Shown here piece by piece: positions 14,794 through 20,000 of a stretch of 20,000 nt of DNA. Location: the IMG/VR virus record IMGVR_UViG_3300020385_000010; one strand, 5' to 3'. Every line of letters begins with the position of its first letter. Position 1 is the first letter of the stretch. Below the pieces are notes generated by a model. That model did not search any database, had not been told where the DNA came from, and saw nothing but the letters and a program-made list of their open reading frames with translations. Source of the stretch: an uncultured virus (IMG/VR IMGVR_UViG_3300020385_000010) (lineage: Duplodnaviria; Heunggongvirae; Uroviricota; Caudoviricetes). The translations under genes and the position numbers were made by a program.

Positions 14794-17700
14794 ATGGCTA
14801 ATGATGCATGGGAAGGTGCAGTAGGTACACCCCAACAAGACGTAACTCAATACGACCAATCTTTAGATAGCTCATTTCAAGAACCACAAATACAAGAAGG
14901 CTTAAACACTCAGCAGGTACAAACACCTGCTATTGTTGATGATGGCTCTCAATCTTGGGGAGGCTCTCTTGATGCTATGGCTCAACCACAAATAGGTGGT
15001 GAAATGAACCAAGAAATAGAAGACCTACCTGAAGCAGGAGTTCCTGGTATTGACTATGATATGGGACACCTAGAAACTATAGGTCGTTCTATTATGGTAG
15101 GTTTTGGTGACTTTTTTACATCAATGGGTGACTTAGCTGATTTTGTATCAGGAACAGGCTCTAAAGATGTGCAGAAGCAAATGTTTGGTGTGGATGTAAA
15201 TAAACCTATATCTACAGCATTTCACAACTTTGGAGATTACTTAGACTCGTATGGAGACAAAGTGCCAGGACTTAAAGAGTTAAACGAAATTGAAGCAAAA
15301 GACTTTTTTACTTTGCAATTTTGGGAAACAGGGGTAGCTCGTATGTTGCCTTTTGCGTTATCGTTAATGGTTCCAACTACAATAGCTGCTAAAGCCGCTC
15401 AGGGGTTAAGTGTTACATCAAAACTAGCTAATGCTGCTTCTGGTTCTGCAAAATTAACTAAAGCTGTGAAGGCCGCTATGGATGCTTCAAAAGCTGCAGG
15501 ACTTACTAAAACAATGGGTACTACTTATTCTGCACAACTTGCATTACAATCTATGGTTAAAGGTGGAGTTGGACTTGTTGCTGGGGGTGCTACATCTAAC
15601 ATGATTGAAGGTATGGTTATTGGCGGTAACGCTATGAATCAAGCGCTACAAGAAGGAATAGAACCTAAGTTAGCAGCTACAGTAGGTAGACAAGTGTTTG
15701 TAGACAACTTAAAGTCTATGCTTGCAGATATTGCTCAGTTTGGTATATGGACTAGTGGAGCTGCTATGGGCGGCTTGTTAGGTAAAACAGGTGCAGGGAT
15801 GAAGGCAGGAATAAGTGCTGCTAAAATTCCATCTACTATTAGAAACGCATCTAAAGCGTTAGCAGTTGGTGGTGTTGACGGTTTTGTTGAACAGTTTCAA
15901 GAGGTGTTTCAAGATTGGACAGTACAAAAGAATATAGCAGAAGCCAAAGGAGAAGAGTTTATGTCTTATATGGACTTTTTCATGGCTGATGAACAAATAC
16001 CAACAAGAGTATTATCATTTGCTACTAGCTTATTAATGGGCGGTGGTAAAACAATGATTGACCTATCTGCCGAAACAAAAAGAATTATTAATAACGATAT
16101 AGAAGGGCAGGAAGTTACTTTTGAAGATTTAGAAATCTTTAATAGAAAGTTTAGCGAAGACGGAGAATATGATATAGTACAATCTAGACCTACAGGTGAA
16201 ACTAGAGACACAGGTAGAACGAACTCTAAAGGAGAAAAAATATACGAAAAAGTATATGAAGATGTTGTAGAAACTACTACAGTAGCTAAAGCAGCAGAAG
16301 CTAAAGCTAATGCTACTGCAAGTGCTATGATACAGACAGCTCATGTTCATGGAAAGACTGAACTACTACAAGAGCAGTTTTCTGCTATGTTAGAAGGTGG
16401 TCAAATAAACCAAGAGCAATACGATATGTACTCTGATGCTATTAGCAAGACATCAGAAATTATGTCTCAGTACAGTGAAGAAGGTTTAAATGTACAACAG
16501 CGAAAAAATTTAATAGCACAGGCTTTTGTTAGCGCAGAAATGAATAATGAAATTTCTAAAAAAGAAAAAGCTATACAAGAAAAGATTGATGTTATTAATG
16601 CTAATGAAAACTTATCTGACCCTGCAAAAAAACAACAAACAAAAGTATTAGAAGATTTGTTAGCTCAAGACATAGCTAATAATAAAAAAATACAAAAAGC
16701 TTCTGCAAAAAGAATAAGTGAAATATACACAGAAGCTACAGTAAGAAATTGGCAAAAAGACACAGGAGTAAAGCTTGATGAAATAGCTAAAAAAGAAGCT
16801 AGAGGCGAAGAGCTAACTGAAGAAGAAATATCTCTTAAAGAAAATGAAGATGCTATAATTGAAGGTGTAGAAGGACTTGAGGGTGTTACTGCTAAGTCAG
16901 AATACAAAACAAGATTAGCAGAAGAAAAGAAAACAGTAAAGCAGCAGAATGCTCAGGAAAAAGTAGATGCAGATGAAAAAGGGTTTAAGTTTTTACAAGA
17001 AGACGAAGATGGCTCTATGGTGTTTGTTAAGGAAGGTAAAGATGCTACAACACAAAAAGTAGTAAGACCTGATGGAAGCATTTCTACATCAAAGGAGTGG
17101 AAGATGGAAACAGACACTAAAGATGAAATTAGTGATGAAGTTGATGCTATTACTAGAGAGATAGAAAAAGAAGAAGGAGTTAAAGATACTTCAGCTGAAA
17201 CATTAACAGAAGAACAAGCTCAAGAGTTAACAGAAGAAGAAGCTCAAAAGCTAAGTGAGTTAGAAAATGAAAGAATAGCCGCTGAATTAGCTGATGCTGA
17301 AATGATTAATGTAGTACAAGCTGATATACCAGGTTATGATTATAAAGACCCTGCCACTCAGTTTGCTATGTATCTATTAGCAAATGAAACTGTATTTGGA
17401 GGCTTAGAGTCTAGAATTAAATATGGCTACGGAACAAAAGATTTAAAGCAAGCTATTAAAAACCTTAAAGAAGGTAAGAAAACAAAAGCGTTATCTAGAC
17501 ATTTAGACTTTCTTATAGAGGCTTATAATGATGGTAACGTTACTTTTATACAAGGTACTGGAGGTAAAAGTGTAACATGGGGATTTCCTGTAGTTGATAT
17601 AATAAATAATAATGCTGACTTAAAAGATGCAGTAACAAAAGCCACAATACTATCTGGTAAGGGGCAATACATACTAGCACTTCAAGAAAAGACCAACGAA

Positions 17701-20000
17701 AGAATTAAGACTGCTAGAGCTAAATCAAAAGAATTAGCTAGAGAGTCTAAAAGTTTTGTTGCTAAATACTTAAAGAAAAGTTTAGACTTAGGAGAAAGAC
17801 TTTTACATAGACGTAAAATAAATAATGCGTTTAGAGTAAGACAAGGTTCTATGTCTTTACTTACAGAGATATATTCAAAAAAATCAGCTGATGGTTTAGT
17901 ATCTGTCCATTTCTTTGACAACTACTTGCATGGAAGTGGCAGAGCAATATTAGGTATGGCTGCAGGTATATCTGTATATCTTAATCAAGAGTTAGCAGAA
18001 GCAGATACTATATTCCACGAAAACGGGCACATCTTTATAAATCTATATAAAGATACCGAAGAGGTAAAAAGAATGCTTCAAAGCGTTGCTGATGAGCCTA
18101 TATACGAAAAGACAAAGTTATCTATATATGGTAGAAATACTTTATACTCTAGAAACAATAATGGTAAAGTAGAAAATGTTAGACAAGTACAAATTCTTGA
18201 GGCTATTGCTGCCAAGCAAGGCAAAGGAGTACATACAAACTTAAATGATTTTGCCACTGCTGAAGGCAGAAAAGCTAATGAAGAAGAAACGCAAAGATTA
18301 TTTGCTGGGTATGCTAAAACTTATATTGAACGAAATGGCTATACTGAACTACCTGCTCAACAACAAGAATATTTGTTGGAGGAGTCTTTAGCTGAGTTGA
18401 TAGGTAAGTATGGTGCAGAGAATCCAGATGTATTCTTTTCTACTCCTAAAAAGGTAAATCAGCACACAACTTTACTATCTAAATTTAAAGAGCGTATAAA
18501 GCGTACTTTTTCGCAAGACGAGCTATCTACAATATTAGACGAAACATCTGATGGTAAGTACTCTAAAGAGCTTCCTATGGAGTCTCAGTTAGAAACCATT
18601 AAAGATGTTATTGCAAATAACGAAGCAAAGTATTCTAATCTAAACTCAAGAGTTAAGTTACAAGAGCATCTTGTTCTTAACGACAAGCTTAAGAGTAAGG
18701 TTATTAATAAGATAGATTCAAAAAATTCTGTAATACAAAGAAAAGCTAAAAAATTTGTAAAACAAGATGTTAATGCTATACTATTTTCTGATGTAGAAGA
18801 TACTCCAGAAAATATAGAAAATAAATCTAATAGAAAGTTAGCCCTTAACAGAGAACTTAACGAAAACTACGCAACGGTAATAAGACCTATTTTAAGAAAA
18901 ATTGCTAAAAACAATGAATTAGGAACAAGGTCTAATGCATATATGGAAGCAGCAAGACTGTTTTCAAAAAAGAGCTTTAAAGAGGGTATAAAAAATGTAA
19001 TGAGGTTTTATTACACTAACCCTATTATGGTACAGCAGACAAAAGGAAATCGCCTAAATATGAATACATTTGAGGCTTTAATGAACTCAACTGCTGTATC
19101 TATTAATGAAAGCACAGGGTTGGTAGAATACAAAGACGAAGATGATGTAGATGCTTTCCTTTTACAAATTGGAGATAGAGATAAGACAAACGAAAAATAC
19201 AATGAGTATAAGAAAGAATTTTTAATAGAAGATATTGTTTTAGATGGTAATGAATTTGATTCATCTAACAAATCTTTATTAGACTTACAACTTCTTAATG
19301 TTTTATCTGAAAGCGACAGTACTGACGACTTTATAAACAGAATAGAAAAGCTTAAAGAATTTGATGAAGACTATGCTTTATTGTATAGGTTCAAAGAGTT
19401 TATAAAGAAAAACGGAATTACAGGTAGAGAGTTACATGACTTGTATCATGAGATGTCTAGCTTTACATATCAGTCTATGGTTATGTTTGAGGATGGTGGT
19501 ATTGTTGAGCCATTAAACATACAAGATTCGTATGATGTAAAAAAACATTTAGAGCGAGAAACATTTTCTGCATCTAATTTATTTCAAGGAGACAAATCTT
19601 TTACTACAGCTGCGTTAGAAAGAAAAGAAAAATATTTACAAGAAGATAAAGGTTCTAAGTCTGGAAAATATTTTAAAAAAACAAACAAACAAGTAGGTGA
19701 AGTATACAAAAGACAAGATTTTGCAGAAAAACTTATAAACCTTTACAACAACTACAGCAAGCAGTCTGAAGAAGATTTAATAAACTTTGCTTTAGGTATA
19801 GCTTTAGGTGAACAACTTGGTAATGACACATTATTTGACCAAATACAAAACCTAAAAGGCAGAAAGTTTTTCGATAAGAAAACAGGTCAAATAGTAGGCG
19901 TAAAGGAATTACTATCTAAAGATAGAGTTCGAGAGCTTATAGTAGACTCGTTATCTATTAACATTACAAACGATACAGGTGATACAAGAGTAAATATGTC
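14794..20000 (+). CDS. Giant (>1735 aa, 3'-truncated) virion cargo protein with a zincin-like metallopeptidase motif
   Basis: ATG at 14794 (MANDAWEGAVGTPQQ...). Manual translation found no stop before the window end. Gly/Ala-rich hydrophobic region at about 15330-16050, acidic coiled region, TIFHENGHIF (HENGH at 18016-18030) and LLEESLAELIG (EE at 18379-18384). Confidence 0.8.
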   Translation, partial: MANDAWEGAVGTPQQDVTQYDQSLDSSFQEPQIQEGLNTQQVQTPAIVDDGSQSWGGSLDAMAQPQIGGEMNQEIEDLPEAGVPGIDYDMGHLETIGRSIMVGFGDFFTSMGDLADFVSGTGSKDVQKQMFGVDVNKPISTAFHNFGDYLDSYGDKVPGLKELNEIEAKDFFTLQFWETGVARMLPFALSLMVPTTIAAKAAQGLSVTSKLANAASGSAKLTKAVKAAMDASKAAGLTKTMGTTYSAQLALQSMVKGGVGLVAGGATSNMIEGMVIGGNAMNQALQEGIEPKLAATVGRQVFVDNLKSMLADIAQFGIWTSGAAMGGLLGKTGAGMKAGISAAKIPSTIRNASKALAVGGVDGFVEQFQEVFQDWTVQKNIAEAKGEEFMSYMDFFMADEQIPTRVLSFATSLLMGGGKTMIDLSAETKRIINNDIEGQEVTFEDLEIFNRKFSEDGEYDIVQSRPTGETRDTGRTNSKGEKIYEKVYEDVVETTTVAKAAEAKANATASAMIQTAHVHGKTELLQEQFSAMLEGGQINQEQYDMYSDAISKTSEIMSQYSEEGLNVQQRKNLIAQAFVSAEMNNEISKKEKAIQEKIDVINANENLSDPAKKQQTKVLEDLLAQDIANNKKIQKASAKRISEIYTEATVRNWQKDTGVKLDEIAKKEARGEELTEEEISLKENEDAIIEGVEGLEGVTAKSEYKTRLAEEKKTVKQQNAQEKVDADEKGFKFLQEDEDGSMVFVKEGKDATTQKVVRPDGSISTSKEWKMETDTKDEISDEVDAITREIEKEEGVKDTSAETLTEEQAQELTEEEAQKLSELENERIAAELADAEMINVVQADIPGYDYKDPATQFAMYLLANETVFGGLESRIKYGYGTKDLKQAIKNLKEGKKTKALSRHLDFLIEAYNDGNVTFIQGTGGKSVTWGFPVVDIINNNADLKDAVTKATILSGKGQYILALQEKTNERIKTARAKSKELARESKSFVAKYLKKSLDLGERLLHRRKINNAFRVRQGSMSLLTEIYSKKSADGLVSVHFFDNYLHGSGRAILGMAAGISVYLNQELAEADTIFHENGHIFINLYKDTEEVKRMLQSVADEPIYEKTKLSIYGRNTLYSRNNNGKVENVRQVQILEAIAAKQGKGVHTNLNDFATAEGRKANEEETQRLFAGYAKTYIERNGYTELPAQQQEYLLEESLAELIGKYGAENPDVFFSTPKKVNQHTTLLSKFKERIKRTFSQDELSTILDETSDGKYSKELPMESQLETIKDVIANNEAKYSNLNSRVKLQEHLVLNDKLKSKVINKIDSKNSVIQRKAKKFVKQDVNAILFSDVEDTPENIENKSNRKLALNRELNENYATVIRPILRKIAKNNELGTRSNAYMEAARLFSKKSFKEGIKNVMRFYYTNPIMVQQTKGNRLNMNTFEALMNSTAVSINESTGLVEYKDEDDVDAFLLQIGDRDKTNEKYNEYKKEFLIEDIVLDGNEFDSSNKSLLDLQLLNVLSESDSTDDFINRIEKLKEFDEDYALLYRFKEFIKKNGITGRELHDLYHEMSSFTYQSMVMFEDGGIVEPLNIQDSYDVKKHLERETFSASNLFQGDKSFTTAALERKEKYLQEDKGSKSGKYFKKTNKQVGEVYKRQDFAEKLINLYNNYSKQSEEDLINFALGIALGEQLGNDTLFDQIQNLKGRKFFDKKTGQIVGVKELLSKDRVRELIVDSLSINITNDTGDTRVNM
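17203..17247 (+). repeat. Short in-frame tandem duplication (24-nt period)
   Basis: ttaacagaagaacaagctcaa (17203-17223) and ttaacagaagaagaagctcaa (17227-17247), encoding LTEEQAQ-E-LTEEEAQ. Confidence 0.8.

Noticed and set aside
2118..19271. All minus-strand ORFs in the track (61-86 aa)
   Set aside because: Short, mostly or entirely antisense to long + strand genes, with compositions typical of shadow frames.
1..20000. Stop-codon reassignment as in some crAss-like phages
   Set aside because: Long ORFs are intact under the standard code and TAG ends genes directly before new ATGs. TGA is not used as a stop here but does not interrupt any gene either.
14794..20000. Calling the giant ORF the virion RNA polymerase
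   Set aside because: No catalytic DxDxD motif was seen in the visible part; only position and size suggest it.
1..20000. CRISPR array, tRNA, intron, intein or IS element
   Set aside because: No spaced repeats, cloverleaf, transposase, homing endonuclease or splice-junction motifs were recognised, and there is almost no non-coding space.

Overview
AT-rich, densely coded, single-strand (+) virion-morphogenesis operon of a podovirus-like phage that resembles crAss-like phages (Crassvirales or relatives), probably infecting Bacteroidota. Gene order: 3' end of a gene resembling the one following the major capsid gene in crAss-like phages, two tandem paralogous beta-rich small proteins, two ring/adaptor-like proteins separated by a strong GAAA-loop hairpin, an IHF/HU-like protein, a tail tubular-like protein, an enlarged 1867-aa tail stabilization (muzzle)-like protein, three putative ejection/cargo proteins and a >1735-aa giant ORF (14794 to the window end, absent from the ORF track) with an HExxH zincin motif. 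Main observations: (1) a ~65-aa module shared by two unrelated structural proteins; (2) a GH108-like muramidase fused to a cargo-like protein; (3) repeated [FY]xxGG motifs in a cargo-like protein near a possible protease; (4) no GATC found by eye in 20 kb. All family assignments come from motif recall and synteny, not database searches.
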